Below are positions 18,427 to 28,188 of a stretch of DNA of 64,000 nt, piece after piece. Both the position numbers and the translations under genes were made by a program. The notes under the pieces were generated by a model. That model saw nothing but the letters and a program-made list of their open reading frames with translations. It was not told the origin of the DNA and did no database searches. Origin of the DNA: Acidobacteriota bacterium (lineage in GTDB: Bacteria > Acidobacteriota > UBA6911 > RPQK01 > JADFOI01); contig OY760074.1 of assembly GCA_963663035.1 (NCBI GenBank), forward strand, positions 1,312,001 through 1,376,000, read 5' to 3'. Numbering within the stretch: position 1 is the stretch's first letter; each line of letters starts with the position of its first letter.

Positions 18427-20457
18427 TTACGGAACTACATCGAAGTCGCGGACGAGAAGATGGGTCTGGCTGTCCTGGGCACGAACTTCCACAACCAATC
18501 GATATCTTCCCAACTGCAGTTGATTGAGGGCAAGCCGGGCATTGACCTCCAGCCAGTCTTCGGGGCCGGGCACCAAGGGCTTCCAGTCACTTTCAAAGAG
18601 GCTCTCCTGGGCCCCGTCCTGTAGATTAATTCGATACTCTCCGGACGCGGATTCCCCTTCGAGTCCGACCTTCCCATGGAGATAGAGGGTCTCCATGCGC
18701 GTGAATTTCGCATTGATACGGGAAATCAACACTCGATCCCCGACCTCCAGGGGATTCTTCAGGATAGTGACGTGCTCGCCGATGCTGATCCGATAGCCTG
18801 ATTGAGAGTCCGACTCTTTCCACCCCCCGGCCAAAACCAGTGAACTCAGTGGAACCGGCCCAACAGGAGGTAACTCCAGCGGGCGAACCGCTTGCGACAT
18901 CAGGCCGGTCCGATTGTCCCTCACATAGGCGCTGAGCTGGTACTGTCCGGGGTCCAGCAGCAAAAGATTTTCGTAGACGAAACGGATCTTGGCATCTTTC
19001 TCGACTCGTCGGATCTCCACCTTGTCGCGAACTCCGGCACTGGTTCTCCCCAGCGAATCCCGAGCCAGCAGGATCACCTCCAGGTCCAGTTCCCGAGCTC
19101 CCGACAGCTGACTGAGCTGGGCGTGGTTAAAGCCCAGCAGAATCGGAACCTGGTATTGGCCCAATGAATCCGGGAAGTACTCGGCGGATATCTCCAGCGG
19201 AAAGTCCGAGACGGGCACCTCTTCCACAACCGTCTGGAGTAGTCTGAACTCCCTTTCCGCAGCGCTCAGACTTCTATAGGGCCTATCCGCGTAATAGCCA
19301 GTTCGGTATTCCAGACTGGCATAGCTGGGCTCGGTGCGAACTTCGATTCTTCGAAAGCGCCCATCGCTGGGAGGAGCGGGAGTGGAGTAGCCGATCAGAT
19401 AGTAGTGACTGGCGTCCTCGCGGGCCTGTTGGAAAATTTTTGAAAGGTCGTTGTCATCGACCAGAGCAGCTCCTCCGGTATCCGCAGCAAGGGTAATCAA
19501 CGCCTCTTGGGACTGGGTCAGGCTGACCAGCTGATTGAGGGCTGCTCTTCCATTGAAGATTCCACTGCCGCCTCCTGCTCGGTGGGCGCCTCCCCCGGGA
19601 GAGAGGGCTACCAGTCCCCTTGCGTCCACCGAGTAAATACTGATGTTGGCGCGGTTGGACAAATCAGTCGTCAAGCGCATTTCCTCCTGGTTTTCAATCC
19701 CCCGCATGGTGAGGCCGGAAGAGAAATAGAGAAGAGCCTTTCGTCCCAGAACATCGCGAAAAGCTTCCGCCACGGACTGAATGGCACTGAGCTCCCGGTT
19801 GGTCTCAAACAGTGCGAACTCGGTTTCATCGGCGATGAATTCAGAATTCGAGTCCTGCTCAGAGGCGGCTTCCTCTTCCGGAAGTGAGAGCTCGAGCTCG
19901 GGGTTCCCTTCAGTCAAACCGCCCAGGACCTGGCTCAAGAGGACCCGGTCGGATGTGAAATCGGTGAGCATCTCCAATCCATTGTTGAACACCAGCACAG
20001 CAGCTGCATCATCCTCGTTGAAGTCCTCTTCCAGAAACCGCTGGGATGCCCTTCCCATCATCTGGATGTCCTGCAATCCGGCTGAGGAGAGGTTGAAGAG
20101 CAGTATGAGGAGTCGTTTCTCAGGGGCCACGGCCTGTGGAGAATCCGCTGCCACAGGCGTGGGCGCAGACGTGGTCTCGGAAGGCACCTCAGGAGGGGTC
20201 GTTAAAGGCAGGGCGATCTCTTGAAAGTAGCTGATCTCCTGGAGCACTCCTTCTTCCCAAATGCTAAAATCCTTCGCCTCCAGACCGGTGATGGGGCGAC
20301 CCTGCGAGTCACGCACGCGGACATCGACCAGAATAAGATTGGAGGACACTCGAAAGCGCACGGGCGGCTCTTGAGCGAAGACCCCTGTGCCCAGAACCAG
20401 GAGAAAGAGCCCACCAGCGAGACAATGATAAACGAACCGCAACATCCTATCGTCCAA
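18427..20457 (-). CDS. VWFA-related Acidobacterial domain protein
   Basis: FRVSSNLILVDVRVRDSQGRPITGL..DF, GRKALLYFS, IYSVDARGL, LAADTGG, YYLIGY. Confidence 0.85.
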   Translation of the reverse strand: MDDRMLRFVYHCLAGGLFLLVLGTGVFAQEPPVRFRVSSNLILVDVRVRDSQGRPITGLEAKDFSIWEEGVLQEISYFQEIALPLTTPPEVPSETTSAPTPVAADSPQAVAPEKRLLILLFNLSSAGLQDIQMMGRASQRFLEEDFNEDDAAAVLVFNNGLEMLTDFTSDRVLLSQVLGGLTEGNPELELSLPEEEAASEQDSNSEFIADETEFALFETNRELSAIQSVAEAFRDVLGRKALLYFSSGLTMRGIENQEEMRLTTDLSNRANISIYSVDARGLVALSPGGGAHRAGGGSGIFNGRAALNQLVSLTQSQEALITLAADTGGAALVDDNDLSKIFQQAREDASHYYLIGYSTPAPPSDGRFRRIEVRTEPSYASLEYRTGYYADRPYRSLSAAEREFRLLQTVVEEVPVSDFPLEISAEYFPDSLGQYQVPILLGFNHAQLSQLSGARELDLEVILLARDSLGRTSAGVRDKVEIRRVEKDAKIRFVYENLLLLDPGQYQLSAYVRDNRTGLMSQAVRPLELPPVGPVPLSSLVLAGGWKESDSQSGYRISIGEHVTILKNPLEVGDRVLISRINAKFTRMETLYLHGKVGLEGESASGEYRINLQDGAQESLFESDWKPLVPGPEDWLEVNARLALNQLQLGRYRLVVEVRAQDSQTHLLVRDFDVVP

Positions 20458-20463
20458 AATGGT

Positions 20464-23400
20464 TTAAAACATGAAGCGAAGATTGAGCCGGATTTGACGC
20501 ATGGAACCGGCCGATGTGACTTTCCCAAAGCCAATGGAGTTCACCACCGTATTCAGCCCACGATAATTGACCTGATTGAAAAGGTTGGAGGCCTCGACCG
20601 TGATCACCAGACGTTGGCTTTCCCCCTTCAGCAGAATCGACCGAGCCAGGTTCAAGTCAACAGTCCAGGAGCCGGGACCGCTGATGGTATTGCGCCCGGC
20701 GTCCCCAAAGGTACCGGGATCCGGCAGTCGAAAGGCATCGGTGTTGAACCACTCCTGTGAGCTGCGTTGCGAGGAGGGCAGGTCCACCTCTTCACCCGTG
20801 ACGCTGGCTCGTTCGCTGGCCTGAGAACCAGTGCCACTGTTGTTGATCTGGTTTCCCAGAACACGGGCAGTAAGAGGACGTCCGCTGGTGGCCCGGATGG
20901 TGCCGGTGACAAACCAGTTGCTCAGGATGGGGCTGAGCCAGACCGAATCCCGAAACCATCGATGACGTTGACCAAAGGGAAGTTCCAGGAACCAGTTCAG
21001 TCGAACTTTATGCCTTTCATCAGAAGAAGAGAGTCCAAATTCAGAATCCAGATCATCATCGTTTTGAGCCACCGTACTCCCACTACCGGCAAGTGAAGAT
21101 GCGTTGTCCAGAGTTTTGCCCAGCTCGTACTGAGCGCTCACAGAAAATCCGCTCCGCATCCGCCTCCTTGCCAGCAGTTGAAGCCCATGAAAAGCCGAGG
21201 ATGCACCCGATGTCAGATACAGGAACTGGGCCGCATTGGCGATTCGCTGGTCTCCATCAACGACCCGATTGGGTGCTCGCAGCAGCTCCAGGCCCGTCCC
21301 ACGCGACCCGGAATAACCAACGCTCAGAAAAAAGCTGTGGGGAAGTGTTTGCTGCCAGGAAAGGTTCCAGTTCTGAACGGAGGAGAGGCGAAAACGTGGA
21401 TCGACGGCATAGGTGTTGGAGACTTCCTGGACGAGTTCATCAGAGAAAGCCTCCTGAATTTCCAGAAAATTTCGCCCTTCCACAGTTTCCTGTACAGCAA
21501 AACCAAAGGGGGGCTGCGAGATCAGTTCATTGGCCAGGGAATTGTACGACCCATCGGGATAAAAGACGCCGTAGTTGGCTCTCAATACCGCGGCCAATCC
21601 TCCCGACCTCATTCGGTAAGCCAGGGCAACGCGGGGGGCTATGTTATTGCGGTCATCCCTGATCAGGGCGCGCGGATACTCCCCGAAGAAGGTCCCGCTG
21701 CTTCCGGGAATCACCGTCTCAGCCTGGCTGAATCCCGGCCCCACATCCAGATTGGATAGACGATCGTAGCGCTCGACCCAGGGTGAGGTATATTGATATC
21801 GCAGTCCCCACTGCAGGGTGAGACTGGAGTTGACTCTCCAGTTGTCGTTGAGGAACAAACTCAAGTTCCGGCTGCGCAGATAGTGATCACTGTTGCCGTA
21901 CTGGATGCGGCTGCTGTGGGCCAACCCCAACAGAAAATCGGCAAAGTCATAGCCCGTGCCGGCCACAGGATTATCGCCGACATAGAAGCTGGTCGCCACT
22001 CCGGCAAAAGTCTGAGAACCCGTGCCTTCAGGATTGGCCAGGTTGTTCCTTCGATTCCAGCCCATATCACCGCCCATGCGAAAAGAATGAGTTCCCTTCA
22101 CCCACTGCAGGTTGTCGCTGATGGTGTTCGAATCGCGTACGGTCAATGATGAGCTCCCGTCCCTGAGAGCAGTGTAGTTCGTGAACTGGATGGTGGGTAA
22201 GCCGTAATCGATCGGCTCGGGCGAGGTGTTGTCGATCCCAAGTTCAGCGCTGACATTGCGTTGGTGAGTAAAGGGATTGAGGTTTTCGTTTCGGTTGCGG
22301 TTCCAGCGCAGCCTCAGATTGTGAAGAAAGCCGGGTGCAAACGTCTGGTTGAGGCTTAAAGAGACATTCTGACCGCGTCCACTCCGTTCACCGCTTAGGT
22401 CTGGGAAGACGTTGAAAGTGTCAGAGCGGGTTCGACTGAAGTTATAGGAACCGGTCAGGCGCATAGACTCGGATAGGGGTGAGTTGAGACGGACGTTGAG
22501 CCGCTCGCGAGTGTTGTCCAGCGACTGTTGGTTGAGAAAGTTGAGAAAAGGTTCTTCGCGGTTTGGTAGGGGAATGAATTCCAGCAGTCCCAGCGCGGCT
22601 GAGTTCATCTGTTGGAGGGGGATGGCTGCATCGAGATAAGCTGCTCCCGTGAGAGGATCGAAAACCTCAACCGGAGTCCCTGCCAATGGGCCAGACGGGT
22701 AATGGGTCTGCGAGAAATCACCCTGGCGCTCCAGCAGGGTGGGCACAGATGCGTATTGGCTCTGCAGCTGCTGGCCTCGATTGGTGTTAAAATCCACAAA
22801 AAAGGAAGAGGCCCGCCTTCTCGACGCAGAAGGATTTCCAGAGGAGCTGGGTCTGGAGAGGGGCCCTCCCACTGAGACGCCCGCCCTCCAGGAGAAGTAG
22901 TCGGGTTCAGTTGTCTCGCCCCCGTCCAGTGAGTAGGGTTGAGCATCCAGCGCCGAAGAGGACATTCCCGAGGTGAAGCTGCCCTGGAGCCGATTGGCTC
23001 GGGAACCCGCAATACGGGCACCTCGTAAACCACCTCGGCCTCCTCCCTGCCCACCCAGGAGACGGCTCATGATGGCCCCTTCCCCGCGTCCCCCCCTGGC
23101 ATCGCCCCGCACCGAGGCGCCTTCAATGAGAACCTCGGTGACTTCTTCTGCCTCGAAGCTCTCTTCCTGGCTGGAGAGGCCTTCTGGATTGATGCGGATC
23201 TCTGCAAAGGGGTCTTCCTCCACAGGAGCTTCTCTGCGTTGTGGTCTGGGCGGCCTGGATTCACCACCGGTCTCCGCGGTGAAGAATCCCGCCTCAAATG
23301 AGAGATCCCACTGGTAGTTCTGCCAGGTGGTTGAAACCTCCATCGCCACGCCCAGCCCCCCCCGGCCGCCAGGGCGACCGCCTCTTCCCAGGTTCCCGTT

Positions 23401-24138
23401 CGAGTTGCCGCCTCTCGGAGCAACGCCGCCGCGAGTCATCTTGAGACTCCGAACGCGGGGCACGGTGATCTCCTTTTCCGGATTCCAGGCCAGGTCCAGC
23501 ATCAGCTGTGCATCTGAGACGACGGCTCCCATGCCGAAGCGAAGCTCCACCCGGAGTGGCATGCCAGACTCCTCATCGACCCAGAGTCTCCCTTCTTCCA
23601 CCCGAAGGCCCGGAATGCTGGGATGAATGCGAATTTCGATGGCGTCAGTTGAATCCAGGCGGGCGGGTCCGATCACCTCCGCGTCTTCAAGAATCGTCCC
23701 CACAGCCAATAGATCCGGGCCTGGGAGCTGGGGAAGAAGGTTATCCAGGCGTCTCCTTCCCGCGCCAGCGGGCCCCGCCCCGTAATTCACCGGGACACCG
23801 TTGCGCCGCAAGCTGATGAAATCCTGTCTGAATTCCCCGGGAAGGCCCACAAAGTGACGATCCCGAGACTCCAGTTCCTGCCTTCCATTGGGAACTTCTA
23901 TCCGGGAGTGGCTCTGGACCTCCACCGAGTAGTGGCTCAAGAGTTCCTTCCTGAGCTCCAAGGCTTGGCGGGCTCGCTCCAGAACCTCAGAATCCTCGGT
24001 GGCTGGAAGGGACAGACCGAGGAACAGCACTAACAGCTGGGAATACGGCATGAAACACACTTCTTTAACTGCGACAGGTGGGATTGGGTTAGCAACAGCT
24101 TCCTCCTTCAGAGAGGTTCCACGTTCGCCTTTGTTCAA
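20464..24138 (-). CDS. TonB-dependent receptor-like (Oar-type) barrel with extra N-terminal LolA-like domain
   Basis: VPTLLERQGDFS, DNWRVNSSLTLQWGLRY, APRVALAY, FGDAGRN, NLFNQVNY, C-terminal RQIRLNLRFMF; start may be 24051. Confidence 0.8.
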   Translation of the reverse strand: MNKGERGTSLKEEAVANPIPPVAVKEVCFMPYSQLLVLFLGLSLPATEDSEVLERARQALELRKELLSHYSVEVQSHSRIEVPNGRQELESRDRHFVGLPGEFRQDFISLRRNGVPVNYGAGPAGAGRRRLDNLLPQLPGPDLLAVGTILEDAEVIGPARLDSTDAIEIRIHPSIPGLRVEEGRLWVDEESGMPLRVELRFGMGAVVSDAQLMLDLAWNPEKEITVPRVRSLKMTRGGVAPRGGNSNGNLGRGGRPGGRGGLGVAMEVSTTWQNYQWDLSFEAGFFTAETGGESRPPRPQRREAPVEEDPFAEIRINPEGLSSQEESFEAEEVTEVLIEGASVRGDARGGRGEGAIMSRLLGGQGGGRGGLRGARIAGSRANRLQGSFTSGMSSSALDAQPYSLDGGETTEPDYFSWRAGVSVGGPLSRPSSSGNPSASRRRASSFFVDFNTNRGQQLQSQYASVPTLLERQGDFSQTHYPSGPLAGTPVEVFDPLTGAAYLDAAIPLQQMNSAALGLLEFIPLPNREEPFLNFLNQQSLDNTRERLNVRLNSPLSESMRLTGSYNFSRTRSDTFNVFPDLSGERSGRGQNVSLSLNQTFAPGFLHNLRLRWNRNRNENLNPFTHQRNVSAELGIDNTSPEPIDYGLPTIQFTNYTALRDGSSSLTVRDSNTISDNLQWVKGTHSFRMGGDMGWNRRNNLANPEGTGSQTFAGVATSFYVGDNPVAGTGYDFADFLLGLAHSSRIQYGNSDHYLRSRNLSLFLNDNWRVNSSLTLQWGLRYQYTSPWVERYDRLSNLDVGPGFSQAETVIPGSSGTFFGEYPRALIRDDRNNIAPRVALAYRMRSGGLAAVLRANYGVFYPDGSYNSLANELISQPPFGFAVQETVEGRNFLEIQEAFSDELVQEVSNTYAVDPRFRLSSVQNWNLSWQQTLPHSFFLSVGYSGSRGTGLELLRAPNRVVDGDQRIANAAQFLYLTSGASSAFHGLQLLARRRMRSGFSVSAQYELGKTLDNASSLAGSGSTVAQNDDDLDSEFGLSSSDERHKVRLNWFLELPFGQRHRWFRDSVWLSPILSNWFVTGTIRATSGRPLTARVLGNQINNSGTGSQASERASVTGEEVDLPSSQRSSQEWFNTDAFRLPDPGTFGDAGRNTISGPGSWTVDLNLARSILLKGESQRLVITVEASNLFNQVNYRGLNTVVNSIGFGKVTSAGSMRQIRLNLRFMF

Positions 24139-24186
24139 TGGTCATAGTACCACGGGAAGTTTGGCGTTCCTGGATTTGCTCAACGA

Positions 24187-25254
24187 TCAGCTGCTGATGT
24201 AGTAGCCCTCGCGGCAATGGACGGTCAATCCCTTTCTTGTAGTCAGCCTAATAGTTCGAAATGCTTTTTCGGAGCTTTCTCGGTTCGGGGTGTATCCGAT
24301 GCTGTATTGATGCCGAAGCTCTTCCTCAATCTTCTGGAAGATCTCTTCCAGCGACTGCTCCCCAGTCACTTCGAACATGCTGCCGCCGGTCTCGCGCGCC
24401 AAGCGCTCCAGGATTCTTTCTCCGTCAGGGAGTTGAGGCCTTCTGGGATTTCCACCCCTTCCACCGCCCGGTCCTCTCCTGCCTCCCCTCCCTCCACCTC
24501 CAGCACGACCTCCACCTCGAAATGCCATGTTCATCTCGGGATCGTAGTAGCGCACGGTGTATATGATGGAATCGTTGCGTTGGGCCGTCTCGATGGCTTG
24601 GTCCAGGTCCATGATGCTGCCGAAGTCGACTCCGTCGGAGATGACAATCATGGCTTTGCGCCCGGATTCAAACTTCAGAATCTCATCTACTGCCAGGAAG
24701 ACGGAATCGTAGAGCACCGTTCCTACTCCCGCCTGTCCTGTCCTTGTGGGGAGTTGCAGGCTCTCCAATGCGGACAGAAGTTGCATTTGCGAATTAGTCA
24801 GATTTTCCAGTAATTGGGCCTCGACGTCGAAGGACATCACAAAAGCCAGATCGCTTTCTGGGCGCAAGATGTTTTCAAGAAACTGATAGCTGGCCTGCCG
24901 TTCCTCTTCGAGGATTCGGCTCTGACTCATACTGGTGTCCACCAGTAGGCCCAACGTCAGAGGCAAGTCGGTCTCACTCGAGAAGTACTCAATTTCCTGT
25001 GGTTGACCCTCTTCCTCGAGAATAAAATCTTCTTTGGTGAGGCTGTTGACCAACCGGCCTTGCTCATCCCGCACTGTGGCCAGGATGTTCACCAAATCGA
25101 CCTCTACTTTGAAGGAGGGCCTTTCTTGAGGCCAGGCCAAAGGAAAAATCCCCAGGAGAATGGCCGACCCTACAATCTTTGACTGTATCGACAAAGTCCA
25201 GGTTTTCACTTTTGAGACTCTTTGGGTTGCACGGGAAGCCCGTGCTTTTTTCAC
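24187..25254 (-). CDS. VWFA-related Acidobacterial domain protein
   Basis: FKVEVDLVNILATVRD, MIDAS DTSMS, ISDGVD, LARETGG, ELRHQYSIGY. Confidence 0.9.
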   Translation of the reverse strand: MKKARASRATQRVSKVKTWTLSIQSKIVGSAILLGIFPLAWPQERPSFKVEVDLVNILATVRDEQGRLVNSLTKEDFILEEEGQPQEIEYFSSETDLPLTLGLLVDTSMSQSRILEEERQASYQFLENILRPESDLAFVMSFDVEAQLLENLTNSQMQLLSALESLQLPTRTGQAGVGTVLYDSVFLAVDEILKFESGRKAMIVISDGVDFGSIMDLDQAIETAQRNDSIIYTVRYYDPEMNMAFRGGGRAGGGGRGGRRGPGGGRGGNPRRPQLPDGERILERLARETGGSMFEVTGEQSLEEIFQKIEEELRHQYSIGYTPNRESSEKAFRTIRLTTRKGLTVHCREGYYISS

Positions 25255-25287
25255 CTCACATCTTATAGACGATGAAGATAAGTGTGG

Positions 25288-25322
25288 GTCAAGAATTGTA
25301 AACTCTTGTAAAGGTCTGTAAA
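25288..25322. promoter_or_regulatory. array of four GT(A/C)AA half-sites at 10-bp spacing (CpxR-type)
   Basis: GTCAA-GAATT-GTAAA-CTCTT-GTAAA-GGTCT-GTAAA upstream of VWA-TonB-VWA operon. Confidence 0.7.
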
Positions 25323-25344
25323 GGGAACGGGATCTCTATTCTGG

Positions 25345-25550
25345 CTAGCCCGCATTTTTCACACCAGGTCGTCGCGAAGCGGCGGAAGGGCCGGAAAACA
25401 GAGCCGTGGGCTGTAGCCCACGGGCCCGCAGGCTAAAGCCTGCGGCTCCGACTGGCGGGCGAGGGGTACCCGCTTGCGGGTCGGGCAACGCAGTCTCAGG
25501 TCGGATCATTCCGCCGATGCAGTAGAGCGGGTGTGAGAAGTGCGGGCTAG
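25345..25550. repeat. palindromic intergenic element copy C with nested REP doublet
   Basis: TIR CTAGCCCGCATTTTTCACACC/GGTGTGAGAAGTGCGGGCTAG; same core. Confidence 0.8.
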
Positions 25551-25570
25551 AGTGAACTGCTCCGAGATAG

Positions 25571-26563
25571 TTATTTTGAGGTTGCCAGCCACGTTTCCAA
25601 CCGTTTGAGTCCCTCTTCAACGCTGACACTGGGCTGGTAGCCCAATTCTTCACGGGCAGCGGCAATATTGAACCAATGACTGGTGGCTAGTTCTTCTGCC
25701 AAAAAGCGCGTGATGGGAGGCTCTCCCCTGAGCCTGAGAGTCCGGTAGAGGATCTCGCAAAACCAACCGGCCGCATAGGCGGAAGCAGGAGAAATGCTGC
25801 GACTGACAGTGGGGAGATGGGCAGCCTTTAAAATGCGATTGATGAAATCCCAAAGAGGAACCGGTTCCCCCTGTGAAATAAAAAACGCCTTCCCTGCGAT
25901 CGGTGAACCGGGCGACAGACGATCACCTGCCAGAAGGTGTGCCTGGGCAGCATTTTCTATATAGGTGAAGTCCACCAGCTTCCGAGTATGCCCAACTCTC
26001 CGCAGCCTGCCCTGACGTCCTCGGGCGATGATGCCAGGGACGAGGTGAGTATCCCCCGGCCCCCAGATCAGATGGGGGCGCAGGGCAACGGTTCCCAGCG
26101 TTTCACTGTTAGCAGCCAGAACCATCTTTTCGGCGGTGGCTTTGGTAGCTGGATAAGCTGCCTTGTAGTTCTCCGCATAGGGAACCCGCTCATCCACCCC
26201 TTCCAGATCGTGTCCGTCAAAAACCACACTCGGTGTGCTGGTATAAACCAGTCGCGGAATGCCAAGAGTTCGGCAGGCAGCAATGACATTCTCCGTTCCT
26301 GTGACATTGGTCCGGTAATAGGCCCTATCATCCCCCCAGATCCCTGCCTTGGCAGCGACATGGAATACAATCTGGCAATCCCGGCAAGCCTCCTGCACGG
26401 CTTCGGCGTCGGTAAGATCTCCTTGCAACACCTCCACTCCGAGCTTTTGAAGCTCAGGATAGCTTCCCCGCGAGAAGCTTCCAACAGCGTGTCCTTCCCT
26501 GAGCAGACGCTGGACGATGGCACCACCCAAGAAACCGCCGCCGCCAGTGACCAGTGCTTTCAT
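25571..26563 (-). CDS. oleD: OleD-like 2-alkyl-3-oxoalkanoate reductase (extended SDR/3-beta-HSD)
   Basis: TGGGGFLG, HVAAKAG, YTSTPSVVF, YPATK, RPHLIWGPGD. Confidence 0.85.
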   Translation of the reverse strand: MKALVTGGGGFLGGAIVQRLLREGHAVGSFSRGSYPELQKLGVEVLQGDLTDAEAVQEACRDCQIVFHVAAKAGIWGDDRAYYRTNVTGTENVIAACRTLGIPRLVYTSTPSVVFDGHDLEGVDERVPYAENYKAAYPATKATAEKMVLAANSETLGTVALRPHLIWGPGDTHLVPGIIARGRQGRLRRVGHTRKLVDFTYIENAAQAHLLAGDRLSPGSPIAGKAFFISQGEPVPLWDFINRILKAAHLPTVSRSISPASAYAAGWFCEILYRTLRLRGEPPITRFLAEELATSHWFNIAAAREELGYQPSVSVEEGLKRLETWLATSK

Positions 26564-28188
26564 GAGATTTTCTCAGTGGCCCACCGAGCCAGTTTTTCGC
26601 GGAAGATCTTGGCGTTGTGGCGCACATCAACCGGGAAGGAGGGGTGAAACAGCAATGTCTGGATTTCCTGGGTGTGCGGATGAGGAGCTCCCAGGTCCAG
26701 TATTTCCTGCTGGAGTTGTGGCGAGACCTTCCCCCTTTTCTGTTCTTCCTCTTCCAGTTCCACACACAGGACAGGCTTCTGCCTGGGTGGATGACCCACT
26801 CCAACCAGGGCGCTTCGATAAACCTTGGGGTGCTGATTGAAAATGCCTTCGCAGGAAACTGTAAACAGGGTTCCCTGAGGAGTGATCACCCGCTGAGACT
26901 TGCGGCCGCAGAACCAGACTTGTCCCTCCTCGTCCAGATAGCCGAGATCGCCCATGCGATGGCGGATCTCCCCATCAGGGCCCTGAATCTTGGCCAGATC
27001 ATTGGCCTCCGGCCGTCCAAAATACTCTTTCGAGACATTGGAGCCCCATACCACCAGCTCTCCGATCTCACCAGGAGACACAAGCAAGTCATCCGACCAG
27101 ATCTTGATTGGACCGTCATCGATTCCAATGAGCGACAGATGGACCCCTGGAAGGGGACCTCCAACGCACACCCCGTGACCCCGATAGGTGCTGTTCGCCT
27201 TCGACAACTCGCGGCCGGTGATTGAGCACACCGGCAAGGCCTCCGTGGCGCCGTAGGGCGTGTGGATCTCAGCACTCTCTTGCAACAGTCCGGAGAAACG
27301 GTCCAAAACCTTTGCCGCTACCGGAGCACCGGCCGATAGAACGCGCCGAAGAGAGGGCAGTTTGATGCCGTGACGCTCTCCGTAGCGGGCGACCCGGTCC
27401 AGCAAAGCCGGGGAAGCGAACATATGGGTCACGTGGTATTTTTGGATGGGAGTGATGATTTGCCGGGGATCGACTTGGGCCGGCCGGGTAAAATTCATTT
27501 CGGGAAAGACCGTGGTCATCCCCAGGGCTGGATCGAAGAGGGCAAAGAGTGGAAAAGTGGCCAGGTCGATCTCACCTGCCTCGATCTGGAAGGAATCTCG
27601 AAGAAGCGCCACCTGAGAGGCAAACATTCCATGCGTATAGACGACTCCTTTGGGAGTACCCGTGCTGCCCGAGGTAAAAACTATGGCAGCCGGATCCTCT
27701 CTCAGCGAAGGCACCGGAGCGAATCCCGGGTTGGCGCCACCCAGCTGCATCACCCGGGCAAGGGTGTATCCCCGGCAAGGCCGGAATCGCCCCACTGTAA
27801 GGCAGATTTGCACTGTCTTGCGGCCCCACCCAAAGAAGATTCGGGCCATCTGGGCCAGAGGAAGACCAATAAACGCTTCCGGCTTGGCCTCTGCCAAGCA
27901 CTTCCCCAGCTTTTGCCACCCCATGCCGGGATCGACTAAAACAAGCACCGCATTGATCTTCATGAGAGCGAAGGCCAATACCAGAAACTCGACTCCTGGA
28001 GTAACCATCATAACGGTGCGAGTACCCGGCTGAATTCCAATCTGCCGGAGGCCTTGAGCACAGCAGGTACTTCTTTCCTCCAGTTCCCCACAGGTGAGAG
28101 CGCCGCCCGGAGAGATGAGAGCCGGTTGAGAGGGTTGCTTGGCTGCCAGTTGGGAAAGATAAGCTGCAATGTTGGTAGGGCTACTCAT
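26560..28188 (-). CDS. oleC: OleC-like beta-lactone synthetase (ANL family)
   Basis: VDPGMG, FTSGSTGTPKG, TPYGATEALP, HRMGD, PVDVRHNAKIFREKL. Confidence 0.88.
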   Translation of the reverse strand: MSSPTNIAAYLSQLAAKQPSQPALISPGGALTCGELEERSTCCAQGLRQIGIQPGTRTVMMVTPGVEFLVLAFALMKINAVLVLVDPGMGWQKLGKCLAEAKPEAFIGLPLAQMARIFFGWGRKTVQICLTVGRFRPCRGYTLARVMQLGGANPGFAPVPSLREDPAAIVFTSGSTGTPKGVVYTHGMFASQVALLRDSFQIEAGEIDLATFPLFALFDPALGMTTVFPEMNFTRPAQVDPRQIITPIQKYHVTHMFASPALLDRVARYGERHGIKLPSLRRVLSAGAPVAAKVLDRFSGLLQESAEIHTPYGATEALPVCSITGRELSKANSTYRGHGVCVGGPLPGVHLSLIGIDDGPIKIWSDDLLVSPGEIGELVVWGSNVSKEYFGRPEANDLAKIQGPDGEIRHRMGDLGYLDEEGQVWFCGRKSQRVITPQGTLFTVSCEGIFNQHPKVYRSALVGVGHPPRQKPVLCVELEEEEQKRGKVSPQLQQEILDLGAPHPHTQEIQTLLFHPSFPVDVRHNAKIFREKLARWATEKIS

